Shown: positions 18,820 through 28,325 of the stretch, in pieces | How the letters are laid out: every line of letters begins with the position of its first letter | Numbering within the stretch: position 1 is the stretch's first letter | Origin: Vicinamibacterales bacterium | GTDB lineage: Bacteria; Acidobacteriota; Vicinamibacteria; Vicinamibacterales; UBA2999 | Assembly (NCBI GenBank): GCA_035496255.1 | Contig: DATJEU010000071.1 | Location: 2,134-66,133 of the forward strand | Reading direction: 5' to 3' | DNA: 64,000 nucleotides | Program-made: the position numbers and the translations under genes | Notes under the pieces: model-generated | Database searches by the model: none | What the model was told of the DNA's origin: nothing | What the model saw: only the letters and a program-made list of their open reading frames with translations

Positions 18820-20313
18820 CGCCGGCAGATATTCCCGCTCGCGCGTGCGAAGCTGGCGGTACCGATCGAACGCGGCGCGGGACGGCTCGAGACCACACCA
18901 GGTGCGCCACGTCGTCCCCCGAAAGGTGTGCGCCAGCATCGCGCGACTGCGGGTGAGCACGAACCATGGGTCGTGACGCCAGGCGGTCTTCATGTGACGC
19001 ACCTTCATCCAGCGCTCGGCCCGCCAGCGCAGGAACTCGATGTCCTCCGCCGGCAGGTGCCGGTTGCGCAGGATCGCCGTCGTGCCGTCGTACTCCTCGA
19101 CGCGATCGTTGTCGATCAGCCCGCGCCGTTCCGCGTCGAGCGCCATCGGGGTGCCGGGATACGGCGTCGGATGCTGGATGTACGGCCAGTCGACATGGCG
19201 CCGCGCAAACGCCAGGTTCGCCTCGATCGACGCCTGGTCGTCGTCGGGATTGCCGACAATCAGGCCGCCGACGACGAGCATGCCGTGGCGCTGCAGCACG
19301 TCGATCGCGGCACGCGTGGTGTTCGTACGTTGTCCATCGCGCTGCCGGCTGTTCTTGGCGCGCGCCTTCAGGAACTGCAGGTCATCGTCGATGACGTTCT
19401 CGATGCCGAGGAAGACATAGCGGAACCCGGCGCGGCGCATCAACGGCGCCAGGCGCTCGCCATGCGTCGCGATCGACGAGGTCATACCCTGGACGAGATA
19501 GTCGATCCGGTTCAGGCCGGCCTCGATGATGGCGTGGCACAGCGCCTCGAAGCGCGGCACGTCGAGCGTGATGTTGTCGTCGACGAAGAAGACGGCCCGC
19601 GCGCCCCGCGCCTGGGCATCGGCGATGTCGCAGATGACGCGCTCGATCGGGAAGCGGTGAAAGTTGCGTCCCCGCATCTCGATGATCGAACAGAAGCTGC
19701 AATCGAACGTGCAGCCGCGCGACGATTCGACCACGTCGATCTGGCGGCCGAGCATCGTGTAGCCATGGAGCACACGTGCGTCACGCCGCGGCAGACGCAC
19801 CTCGTTCCCGTCGAGCGAAGCGATCGGCCGCGGTGCGTTGCGACGGAAGGTTCCGTCCTCACGGAACCACAGCCCGCGCACCGACGAGAGGGGTGTTCCG
19901 ATCTCGAGGGCACGTATCAACTCTCGAAACGTGACTTCGCCTTCACCACGGACGATGGCGTCAACGCCCACGGCAGGATCGGTCCAGGCCTCAGGCGCGA
20001 GGCTCGGATCGTACCCGCCGACGACGATGACGACGTGCGGGAAGCGGGACCGGATCAGACGGATGATGCGCTGCGCGGTACGGCGCTGGAAGGTCATCAC
20101 CGACAGGCCGACGACCTGTGGCCGATACGTCACGATCAGGCGTTCGACCGTTGGCTTGACGGACGACTGCGCCAGCAGCAGGTCGGCAATCGCGACCTCG
20201 TGACCGGCGTCGAGATTCCCGGCGAGCGACGCGAGCGCCCCATTGGGCATGCGGATCGCGATCGCAGGCGTGTGCTCGAACGAATCCGGCATCGATAGCA
20301 GCAGAACGCGCAT
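18703..20313 (-). CDS. B12-binding-domain radical SAM protein (class B rSAM)
   Basis: Start set at ATG 20313 (GGGAGG upstream). N-terminal cobalamin-binding-like fold (VVGLSVMTFQ...VVIVVGGYDPS), then SSRGCTFDCSFCSI (CxxxCxxC). The last 39 codons overlap the convergent oxidoreductase gene. Confidence 0.8.
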   Translation of the reverse strand: MRVLLLSMPDSFEHTPAIAIRMPNGALASLAGNLDAGHEVAIADLLLAQSSVKPTVERLIVTYRPQVVGLSVMTFQRRTAQRIIRLIRSRFPHVVIVVGGYDPSLAPEAWTDPAVGVDAIVRGEGEVTFRELIRALEIGTPLSSVRGLWFREDGTFRRNAPRPIASLDGNEVRLPRRDARVLHGYTMLGRQIDVVESSRGCTFDCSFCSIIEMRGRNFHRFPIERVICDIADAQARGARAVFFVDDNITLDVPRFEALCHAIIEAGLNRIDYLVQGMTSSIATHGERLAPLMRRAGFRYVFLGIENVIDDDLQFLKARAKNSRQRDGQRTNTTRAAIDVLQRHGMLVVGGLIVGNPDDDQASIEANLAFARRHVDWPYIQHPTPYPGTPMALDAERRGLIDNDRVEEYDGTTAILRNRHLPAEDIEFLRWRAERWMKVRHMKTAWRHDPWFVLTRSRAMLAHTFRGTTWRTWCGLEPSRAAFDRYRQLRTREREYLPASTEDVAQRPPGREVPAHAVDADAWWRGRGADVEAGHGR

Positions 20314-20436
20314 TCCGCCTCCCGGCAGACGGCGATCATTGATCGATTCGGCTACGAACGTACCTCTCACGTCGGCGTCGGGATGGATCTCGAGGTTGGC
20401 TCGGCGACAACTCGATTCTCAACGGCTGACGCGTGC

Positions 20437-20476
20437 CCAACGCCCAACAGGCCCGATCGAGCGCGTTGGGCGTTGG
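20437..20476 (-). terminator. Hairpin (12-bp stem CCAACGCCCAAC / GTTGGGCGTTGG, 16-nt loop) downstream of the PPC-domain gene
   Basis: Perfect inverted repeat in the 20314-20505 intergenic region. Confidence 0.45.
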
Positions 20477-20505
20477 ACGGCGAGAGATGTTGGGAGTTGC
20501 GAGTT

Positions 20506-20946
20506 CTACTGTGCCGGGTCTATCAACGCGAGGCCCGAATCCGGATCGAACCGCCGCCTGAGGTGGACCGGTGTTTCGGTGAGGACGATTTCGAGGGTCG
20601 GCCGGATGTGGGCTTCGACGAGATGGCCGCCATGCGCCGTCCCGTCGCGTTTGCCCACCACCATGTGGGCGTGGACCTTCGGTGTGCCGTCATCGAGCGT
20701 GATGTCGCCAGCCAGCGACAGCACTTCGACCTGCTCGTCGATCGCGATCTTCTGGTACTGCTTCGTCGCCCAGTCGAAGTAGGCGACGACCACGCGTGAG
20801 CACGCGCCGATTGCCGTGAACTGCGCCGCACGCAGCCGCTGCGACGTCGCGAATGCCGTCAACGCCGCCATCGCTTCATCACCAGTCGGCAGCACCAGCA
20901 CCACGGTGCGCAGTCCGCCATGTTCGTTGAGCACGCGCCATTGCAT
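20506..20946 (-). CDS. PPC (DUF296) domain protein
   Basis: 146 aa. FTAIGACSRVVVAYFDWATKQY...VEVLSLAGDITLDDGTPKVHAHMVVG..DGTAHGGHLVEAHIRPTLEIVL. Confidence 0.8.
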   Translation of the reverse strand: MQWRVLNEHGGLRTVVLVLPTGDEAMAALTAFATSQRLRAAQFTAIGACSRVVVAYFDWATKQYQKIAIDEQVEVLSLAGDITLDDGTPKVHAHMVVGKRDGTAHGGHLVEAHIRPTLEIVLTETPVHLRRRFDPDSGLALIDPAQ

Positions 20947-21026
20947 GAGTCTGACCGATGCAAACCTTCAGCCCGGGCGCGCTGGCGTGCGTCATGCACA
21001 AGCCAGCGCGTCTTTCGGGAGAACAC

Positions 21027-22778
21027 ATGGCTCAGACGGCAGCGGACATCCTGATCGAGATTCTTCAGGAATGGGGCGTCGACACGATCTTCGGACTGCC
21101 CGGCGACGGCATCAACGGCATCATGGAAGCGCTGCGCAAGAAGCGCGACGCGATCCGCTTCGTGCAGGTGCGACACGAAGAAGCCGCGGCGTTCATGGCC
21201 TGCGGATACGCGAAGTTCACCGGCCGGCTTGGCGTCTGCCTGGCGACCTCCGGACCCGGCGGCATTCACCTGCTGAACGGCCTCTACGACGCCAAACTCG
21301 ACGGTCAACCGGTGCTGGCGATCACCGGCATGCCGTACCACGATCTGATCGGCACCTTTACCCAGCAGGACGTCGAGCTCGACAAGTTGTTCATGGACGT
21401 CGCGAAATACAGCGTCCGTGTCATGGGACCGACGCACGTCGAAAATGTCGCGCATCTCGCCTGCCGCACAGCACTGCTGTATCGCGGCGTCGCGCACATT
21501 TCCTTTCCGGTTGATCTGCAGGAGCGCGAGATCAAGGGCGAGCGATCCAAGCGCAACATCGCCGGACACAACTCGGAACTGCAGGCTCACGGGGCACGTC
21601 TGCCGAACGACGCCGACCTGGCGCAGGCGGCAGACGTGCTCAACCAGGGCAAGAAGATCGTGATCCTCGCTGGACGGGGCGCACTTGGCGCCGGCGCGGA
21701 GCTCGAACGCGCCGCGGAGATGCTCGGCGCACCGATCGTGAAGCCGCTGCTCGGCAAGGGATCTGTTCCCGACGACAGTCCGTACACCACCGGATGCATC
21801 GGCCTGCTCGGCACGCGGCCGTCGCAGGAAGCGCTCGAGTCGTGCGACACGCTCCTGATGGTCGGCACGTCGTTCCCGTATCTCGAGTTCCTGCCGAAGC
21901 CGGGACAGGCGCGCGGCGTCCAGATCGAGCTCGACCCGATGCGCATCGGGCTGCGGTATCCGGTGGAGATCGGTCTGATTGGCGACAGCCGGCGCACGCT
22001 GCAGGCGCTGCTGCCAATGCTGCAGCGCCACGACGATCGATCGTTCCTCGAGACGGCGCAGAAGGGCATGACGAGCTGGTGGAAGATGATGGACGAGCAC
22101 GCGGCGGTCACCGAGATGCCGATGAAGCCGCAGGCGCTCGCCGCCGCCGTCAATCGCCACCTGCACGACGATGCGATCGTGGTGTCGGACAGCGGCACGA
22201 TCGCGACCTGGTGGGCCCGCTACATGCGCGTCAAACGCGGGCAGATGTACTCGCTCTCCGGGACGCTTGCCTCAATGGCCAACGGCCTGCCCTACGCCAT
22301 CGCCGCCCAGATCGCTCATCCCGGTCGTCAGGTGGTTGCGTTCGTCGGCGACGGCGGCTTCTCCATGCTGATGGCCGAATTCGCCAACTGCGTCCGCGCC
22401 CGTCTCCCGATCAAAGTGGTGATCGTCAAGAACAACGCGCTCGGGATGATCAAGTGGGAGCAGATGGTGTTCCTCGGCAATCCTGAGTACGGCTGCGAAC
22501 TGCAACCGATCGACTTCGCGGCGTACGCCCGCGCCTGCGGGGGGTCCGCCTTCAGCGTCGAAGATCCCAGGAAGCTCGACGACGTGATCGGTCAGGCGTT
22601 CGCGAGCGATGGCCCCGCCATCATCGAGGCCACCGTGGATCCGTTCGAGCCGCCGCTGCCGCCGAAGATCAGCGTCGATCAGGCCACGAGGTTCGCCGAG
22701 TCTCTCGCCAAGGGTCAGCCGCACCGCGGCAAGATCGCGCTGACGGTGCTGGCAGACAAGGTGCGTGAGCTGGTGTGA
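21027..22778 (+). CDS. Thiamine-pyrophosphate-dependent enzyme, pyruvate oxidase / pyruvate dehydrogenase(quinone) PoxB-like
   Basis: Start at ATG 21027. MAQTAADILIEILQEWGVDTIFGLPGDGING...SGPGGIHLLNGLYDA. TPP motif GDGGFSMLMAEF...VVIVKNN. Confidence 0.85.
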   Translation: MAQTAADILIEILQEWGVDTIFGLPGDGINGIMEALRKKRDAIRFVQVRHEEAAAFMACGYAKFTGRLGVCLATSGPGGIHLLNGLYDAKLDGQPVLAITGMPYHDLIGTFTQQDVELDKLFMDVAKYSVRVMGPTHVENVAHLACRTALLYRGVAHISFPVDLQEREIKGERSKRNIAGHNSELQAHGARLPNDADLAQAADVLNQGKKIVILAGRGALGAGAELERAAEMLGAPIVKPLLGKGSVPDDSPYTTGCIGLLGTRPSQEALESCDTLLMVGTSFPYLEFLPKPGQARGVQIELDPMRIGLRYPVEIGLIGDSRRTLQALLPMLQRHDDRSFLETAQKGMTSWWKMMDEHAAVTEMPMKPQALAAAVNRHLHDDAIVVSDSGTIATWWARYMRVKRGQMYSLSGTLASMANGLPYAIAAQIAHPGRQVVAFVGDGGFSMLMAEFANCVRARLPIKVVIVKNNALGMIKWEQMVFLGNPEYGCELQPIDFAAYARACGGSAFSVEDPRKLDDVIGQAFASDGPAIIEATVDPFEPPLPPKISVDQATRFAESLAKGQPHRGKIALTVLADKVRELV

Positions 22779-22845
22779 GGTCTCATGCCAAGGCTGCTCA
22801 CTTCGCCACTTGGCGCCCGTGGCGTCGCGGCGTGCAGCTAAAACA

Positions 22846-23931
22846 TCAAGCGACGTAGCGTTGCGCGTCGGCGCGCTTGAGCTCGAAACCGAACCCCGGG
22901 CGTGAGAGGTCCGGCCGCAGCGACCCTTCGGCCGGCTCGGGAACACCCTCGAACAGCAGCCGCTCAATCCGTTGGTGATCGTGGAAGTATTCGATGTGTC
23001 TCACGCGTGGCACGGCGCAACACACGTGGATATGCAGGGCCGGCGCGGTATGCGCTGACATCGGCATGTTGAACGCGTCGCACAACGCTGCCGCCTGCAG
23101 GAACCCGGTGATCCCGCCACAGCGGGTCGCGTCCGCCTGCACGACATCGACGGCCCCGGTCTCCAGCAACCTGCGGAAGTCATACACGGTATAGCCGTAC
23201 TCGCCGGCGGCGATATCCATGCCCGCGGGCTTCCGCTGCCGCACCAGGCGCAGGCCGTTCGTATCGTCCGACGACACCGGCTCCTCGAACCACGTCACGT
23301 CGAACGCCGTGAACTGCTCTGCCTGCCGCACCGCCTGTTCGGCATCGTAGGCGCCGTTGGCATCGACGAACAGCGCCGCGGCAGGTCCGATGGCCTCACG
23401 GGCGCTGCGCACGCGCGACACATCGGCTTGCGGATCCCGTCCGATCTTCATCTTCACCATGCGGATACCGCGGTCGACCCAGCCGGCAAGCTGCCGCTGC
23501 AGTTGATCGATCGAATACGACGTGAAACCGCCGCTGCCGTAGACCGGCACGGCGTCGCGAACGGCGCCGAGCAGCGTGGCAACCGGCACCTCGAGCAGGC
23601 GCGCCTTCAAATCCCACAACGCCGAATCGACCGCGGCGATCGCCATCGCCGAGAGCCCCGACCGGCCGTTGTTGCGGACGGCACGGCACATCGCCACCCA
23701 GTTGCCGGCAATGTCCAGCGCGCTGCGTCCGTTGATCAGCGGCAGCAACACGTCGGCAATCACCGTCGCCATGGCCTTGTGACCGTAGCTGTAACCGACC
23801 CCGCTCGCCGCTCCGGCCCGAACCTCGACGATGACGATCGTGGTGGAATGCCACTCGAGCGTGCCGTCGGATTCCGGGTCCTGCGTCGGGATCGTGTAGG
23901 TCGACACCCGCGATTCAGTGATCGGTATCAC
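22846..23931 (-). CDS. Enolase-superfamily enzyme (mandelate racemase/muconate lactonizing enzyme family, probable acid-sugar dehydratase)
   Basis: Track ORF trimmed to GTG 23931 (GGGGAGAG RBS). KMKIG, DANGAY, WFEEP and AAGE metal/acid-base motifs. 361 aa. Confidence 0.85.
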   Translation of the reverse strand: MIPITESRVSTYTIPTQDPESDGTLEWHSTTIVIVEVRAGAASGVGYSYGHKAMATVIADVLLPLINGRSALDIAGNWVAMCRAVRNNGRSGLSAMAIAAVDSALWDLKARLLEVPVATLLGAVRDAVPVYGSGGFTSYSIDQLQRQLAGWVDRGIRMVKMKIGRDPQADVSRVRSAREAIGPAAALFVDANGAYDAEQAVRQAEQFTAFDVTWFEEPVSSDDTNGLRLVRQRKPAGMDIAAGEYGYTVYDFRRLLETGAVDVVQADATRCGGITGFLQAAALCDAFNMPMSAHTAPALHIHVCCAVPRVRHIEYFHDHQRIERLLFEGVPEPAEGSLRPDLSRPGFGFELKRADAQRYVA

Positions 23932-23994
23932 CGGCTCTCCCCTTTTTTGACGCCCGCGGGAATCGCAAGCCGCACGCCAGCGTGAGTCCGCGCC

Positions 23995-26900
23995 TTGCAT
24001 TCGACCCTCTACGTGCTGCCGCTGAGAGTGATTCCTGCCAACCCCGACCGCGTCGATGCAGAGCTCGAAACCGACCTTCGGAGACATATCCGCGGCGAAG
24101 TGAGGTTTGCGCCTGGCGACCGGGCGCTGTACGCCACGGATGCCTCCAACTACCGTCAGGTACCGATTGGCGTGGTCATTCCGCGGACGGTTGAGGATGT
24201 CATCGGCACGCTCGAGGCCTGCCGCACCCACAGGGCGCCCGTGCTCGCACGGGGCGGCGGCACCAGTATCGCCGGACAGTGCTGCAACACCGCGGTGGTG
24301 ATCGATACCTCGAAGCACCTCGATCGCATTCTGGAGATCGACGGGGCGACGCGCACCGCGCGCGTCCAGCCTGGCGTCACCCTCGATCATCTGCGGACCG
24401 CCGCATCGCGGCAGGGGCTCACCTTCGGACCGGATCCGGGCACGCATCGCTCGTGCACACTCGGCGGCATGATTGGCAACAACTCGTGCGGCGTGCATTC
24501 GATTCAATCAGCGTTCGAAGGCACTGGTCCGGCGACCGCCGACAACATCGCCAGCCTCGACATCGTCACGTATCGCGGGCTCCGGTTGCGCCTTGGCCCG
24601 ACAAGCGACGATGAGTATCGGCGGATCAGCGCGGGTGCAGGTCCGGTCGCAGATCTGTACCGGCGTTTGAAAGCCTTCCAGGAGCGATACGCAGCGGCGA
24701 TTCGCCGCGAATTCCCGGATATCCCGCGTCGCGTGTCGGGCTACAACCTGCCCGCGCTGCTGCCCGAGAACGGCTTCGACCTGGCGCGGGCGGTCGTCGG
24801 CAGCGAGTCCACGCTCGTCTTCGTCCTCGAGGCGACGACGCACCTGGTGCGCCACTATTCGCATCGCGTCCTGGTGATTCTTGGATTCCCAGACATTTTC
24901 GCGGCGGCCGACGCGGTGCCGCCGCTGCTCGAGTTCCGTCCGATTGGCCTCGAGGCGATCGACGAGATGCTCGTGCGCGAGGATCTCCGCAGCGGCGTTC
25001 CCTCGTCTCGCCTGCGCCTGCTGCCGGAAGGGCGCGGCTGGCTGCTGCTGGAATTCGGCGGCGACACGCCGGCGGAAGCACGTGAGCGCGCCGACGCGAT
25101 GGTCGCGTTCGTCAGGCGCGGCGCGTCGGCCCCGCAGATTCGCCTGCTCGACGACCCCGCGGATCAGGAGGCGATCTGGCAATTGCGCGAGGGTGGCGCA
25201 CCGGCGGTACCCGAAGAGCGCGATGCCCCCGCGATGTGGCCCGGGTGGGACGACTCCGCGGTGGCACCAGACAAGCTGGGTGCGTACCTCCGCGAGCTAC
25301 ATGCGCTGTACGACCGGTATCACTACGCGGCGGATCTCTTCGGACACTTCGGCCAGGGGTGCGTGCACTGCCGCGTCGCCTTCGACCTGGTCACGCCGGA
25401 TGGCATCGCGCAGTTCCGCTCGTTCATGCAGGAGGCCGCGGACCTCGTGCACCGCTATGGCGGATCGCTCTCGGGCGAGCACGGCGACGGTCAGGCACGC
25501 GGGGAACTGCTCACGCGCATGTTCAGCGGGGAGATGGTACAGGCGTTCCGTGAGTTCAAATCGATCTGGGATCCCGACTGGCTGATGAATCCCGGCAAGA
25601 TCGTCGACGCCAACCGGATGGACGCGAACCTGCGCCTGAGCGGCAACGGTGTTCCCGCCCCGCCGTCCACCTACTTCCAGTTCCCGCAGGAGCCCCACGG
25701 CTTTGCATCCGCCTCGCTGCGATGCGTCGGCACCGGCTACTGTCGCAAGGACGAAGCCGGAACGATGTGTCCCAGTTACATGGTGACGCGGGAGGAGCGG
25801 CACGCGACGCGGGGACGCGCGCGGCTGCTGTATGAAATGCTGCGCGGCGACACGATCGCGGATGGCTGGGCGAGCCGCGAGGTGTTCGACGCACTCGATC
25901 TGTGCCTCTCCTGCAAAGGCTGCAAGGGTGACTGTCCCGTGCACGTGGACATGGCCACCTACAAGGCCGAATTCCTCGCGCACTACTACGAGCACCACGC
26001 CAGGCCCCGGAGCGCGTTCGCGTTCGGCCTGATCGATCGATGGGCGGCGCTCGCCTCGTATGTGCCAGGCCTCGTCAACCTGTTCACGCAGACGCCCGGA
26101 CTCAGCGCCATCGCGAAGGTGATGACGGGCATGCCGCAGGCGCGCCGCGTTCCGGCATTCGCGCCGTTCACCTTCAGGACATGGTTCGAGACGAGAGAGC
26201 GAAATCGAGCGACCGATCGCACCCTGGGCGGCACCGAATTATCTGAAGTGGTGCTCTGGCCAGACACGTTCAACAACCACTTTCATCCGCGCACCGCGAT
26301 TGCCGCGGTTCATGCGCTCGAGGATGCCGGTTTCACCGTGACGCTGCCACGCGAGCGACTCTGTTGCGGGCGTCCCTTGTACGACTACGGCATGCTGGCG
26401 TCGGCGCGCAGTTACCTCAGACGCATCCTGAACGTGCTGGCCGACGACATCGATCGAGGTATTCCGCTCGTCGTCCTCGAACCAAGCTGCCTCGCGGTGT
26501 TCAGGGACGAACTGCCAAACCTGCTGCCCGATCATCCACGTGGCGCGCGATTGCGGACGCTGGCGTGCTCGCTTGGCGAGTTCCTGTCGCGTCATGCCGA
26601 TCGCGTGCAACCGCTCTCGCTGCGGCGCACGGCGGTTCTCCACGGCCACTGTCATCAGAATGCACTGGGCGGCACGGAGGGTGATCAGGCCGTGCTGCGC
26701 CGGCTCGGAGTCGAGGTAACGCCGCTCGATGGCGGCTGCTGTGGCATGGCCGGTTCGTTCGGGTTCGAAGCGCGTCACTACGAGGTGTCGCAGGCGGTCG
26801 GCGAGCGCCGGCTGCTGCCGGCCGTGCGCCGCGCGCCGCTCGATGCGCTGATCGTCGCGGACGGCTTCAGTTGCCGTGAACAGATCGCCGGCGCCACGAA

Positions 26901-27093
26901 TCGCCGCGCCCTGCACCTGGCGGATGTGATCGCGCTGGCGCGGCAGCGAACCGCGGACGTGCCGGCGTTCTTCCCGGAGCGGCCACGCGTGACCGCGCCC
27001 GCGACGCTCAACGTGGCGGCCGCGGCTGGCGTCGCAGTCGCGGTCGCCGGCGCTGCACTGCTCGGGTATCAGGCGTGGCGGAGAACACGATGA
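23995..27093 (+). CDS. FAD-binding oxidase fused to Fe-S/CCG domains (GlcD+GlcF-like dehydrogenase), C-terminal hydrophobic anchor
   Basis: 1032 aa. FAD_binding_4 region VLARGGGTSIAGQ. CLSCKGCKGDCP ferredoxin motif. CCG motifs LCCGRPLYDYG and GGCCGMAGSFG. Ends with AAAAGVAVAVAGAALLGYQAW. Confidence 0.85.
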   Translation: MHSTLYVLPLRVIPANPDRVDAELETDLRRHIRGEVRFAPGDRALYATDASNYRQVPIGVVIPRTVEDVIGTLEACRTHRAPVLARGGGTSIAGQCCNTAVVIDTSKHLDRILEIDGATRTARVQPGVTLDHLRTAASRQGLTFGPDPGTHRSCTLGGMIGNNSCGVHSIQSAFEGTGPATADNIASLDIVTYRGLRLRLGPTSDDEYRRISAGAGPVADLYRRLKAFQERYAAAIRREFPDIPRRVSGYNLPALLPENGFDLARAVVGSESTLVFVLEATTHLVRHYSHRVLVILGFPDIFAAADAVPPLLEFRPIGLEAIDEMLVREDLRSGVPSSRLRLLPEGRGWLLLEFGGDTPAEARERADAMVAFVRRGASAPQIRLLDDPADQEAIWQLREGGAPAVPEERDAPAMWPGWDDSAVAPDKLGAYLRELHALYDRYHYAADLFGHFGQGCVHCRVAFDLVTPDGIAQFRSFMQEAADLVHRYGGSLSGEHGDGQARGELLTRMFSGEMVQAFREFKSIWDPDWLMNPGKIVDANRMDANLRLSGNGVPAPPSTYFQFPQEPHGFASASLRCVGTGYCRKDEAGTMCPSYMVTREERHATRGRARLLYEMLRGDTIADGWASREVFDALDLCLSCKGCKGDCPVHVDMATYKAEFLAHYYEHHARPRSAFAFGLIDRWAALASYVPGLVNLFTQTPGLSAIAKVMTGMPQARRVPAFAPFTFRTWFETRERNRATDRTLGGTELSEVVLWPDTFNNHFHPRTAIAAVHALEDAGFTVTLPRERLCCGRPLYDYGMLASARSYLRRILNVLADDIDRGIPLVVLEPSCLAVFRDELPNLLPDHPRGARLRTLACSLGEFLSRHADRVQPLSLRRTAVLHGHCHQNALGGTEGDQAVLRRLGVEVTPLDGGCCGMAGSFGFEARHYEVSQAVGERRLLPAVRRAPLDALIVADGFSCREQIAGATNRRALHLADVIALARQRTADVPAFFPERPRVTAPATLNVAAAAGVAVAVAGAALLGYQAWRRTR

Positions 27094-28106
27094 GGGAGCA
27101 GGGCTCATCGGACGCTCGCACCGTCGTGATGATTACCGGCGCGTCAGCAGGCGTCGGCCGTGCCACCGCCATCATGTTCGGCCGGCTGGGCGCGTGCGTG
27201 GGACTGCTGGCGCGAGGCCAGGCCGGACTCGAGGGCGCGCGTCGCGACGTCGAAGCAGCTGGCGGACGGGCGATGGTGTTCACAGCCGACGTCGCCGACG
27301 CCGCAGCCGTCGAGGCCGCGGCCGCGCAATTCGAACAGGAGTGCGGCGCGATCGACATCTGGATCAACAACGCGATGGCCAGCGTGTTCTCACCCGTGCG
27401 CGAGATGGAGCCCGACGATTACGCGCGGGTGACCGGCGTTACGTATCTCGGCGCTGTCCACGGGACGCTTGCGGCACTGAAGCGGATGCTGCCGCGCGAT
27501 CGCGGCGTGATCGTCCAGGTCGGATCCGCACTGGCCTATCGCGGCATTCCGCTGCAGTCGGCGTACTGCGCCGCCAAGCACGCGTTGCAGGGGTTCTGTG
27601 AATCGCTGCGCTCGGAACTGCTGCACGACGGCAGTCACGTCCGCGTGACCATGGTGCAGATGCCGGCGCTCAACACGCCGCAGTTCGACTGGGTGAAGAG
27701 CCGGCTTCGCGGGCGCGGCCAGCCGGTGCCGCCGATCTTCCAACCCGAAGTGGCGGCCGAAGCCATCGTCTGGGCCGCTCATCATCCCGAGCGCGAGGTC
27801 TTCGTCGGTGCGCCGACGTGGAAGGCGATCGTGGGGAATGCGATCGCACCGGGAGTCGTCGATCGGATACTCGCGCGCACCGGCTACTCCGCGCAGCAGA
27901 CGTCAGAACCGGAAGATCCGGATCGCCCGCACAACCTGTGGCAGCCGGTGGACGTGACCCGCGACTTCGGCGCGCACGGCCGCTTCGACTCACGCGCGCG
28001 GCGTGTCAGCTGGGAATTCCTGCTCGCCGAGCATCGCCGCCTCGTCGCGGCGTTTGCCGCGTTCGCGGTCGGTGGGTCGTTGCTGCTGGCCAGACAACGA
28101 CGGTAA
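27090..28106 (+). CDS. SDR-family oxidoreductase with C-terminal hydrophobic tail
   Basis: ATG 27090 forms an ATGA overlap with the upstream stop. TGASAGVGRA, NNA, YCAAKHA motifs. Tail LVAAFAAFAVGGSLLLA. Confidence 0.85.
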   Translation: MREQGSSDARTVVMITGASAGVGRATAIMFGRLGACVGLLARGQAGLEGARRDVEAAGGRAMVFTADVADAAAVEAAAAQFEQECGAIDIWINNAMASVFSPVREMEPDDYARVTGVTYLGAVHGTLAALKRMLPRDRGVIVQVGSALAYRGIPLQSAYCAAKHALQGFCESLRSELLHDGSHVRVTMVQMPALNTPQFDWVKSRLRGRGQPVPPIFQPEVAAEAIVWAAHHPEREVFVGAPTWKAIVGNAIAPGVVDRILARTGYSAQQTSEPEDPDRPHNLWQPVDVTRDFGAHGRFDSRARRVSWEFLLAEHRRLVAAFAAFAVGGSLLLARQRR

Positions 28107-28238
28107 CGAAGCACACGAAGTTCACAGCGAAGACACGAAGGCACGGAGACGCACGGAGGCGGTTGCCGGCAACCGCTTGTACGCCGCAGTCCACCAAATG
28201 CCTCCGTTCGTCCTCCGTTTTCACCGTTCCTCCGTGTG
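28102..28238. repeat. CACGAAG/CACGGAG array, copy B: compound palindromic element with central GGTTGCCGGCAACC and an inverted CCTCCGT right arm
   Basis: Read directly. The TAA within GGTAACGAAG is the SDR gene stop codon. Confidence 0.85.
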
Positions 28239-28325
28239 AAACCGTTTCCCCCGGAAACCTCCGATCACTCCAGAGCCGGACGCCGCTTGACACTGCCGGC
28301 ACTCCGTCGCCTACCATGCGCGCCC

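Noticed and set aside
23932-24507. N-terminal extension of track ORF 22846-24507 (553 aa)
   Set aside because: It overlaps the start of the convergently arranged... actually divergent FAD/Fe-S gene and has no enolase-superfamily similarity. The conserved capping domain starts at GTG 23931 with a GGGGAGAG RBS.
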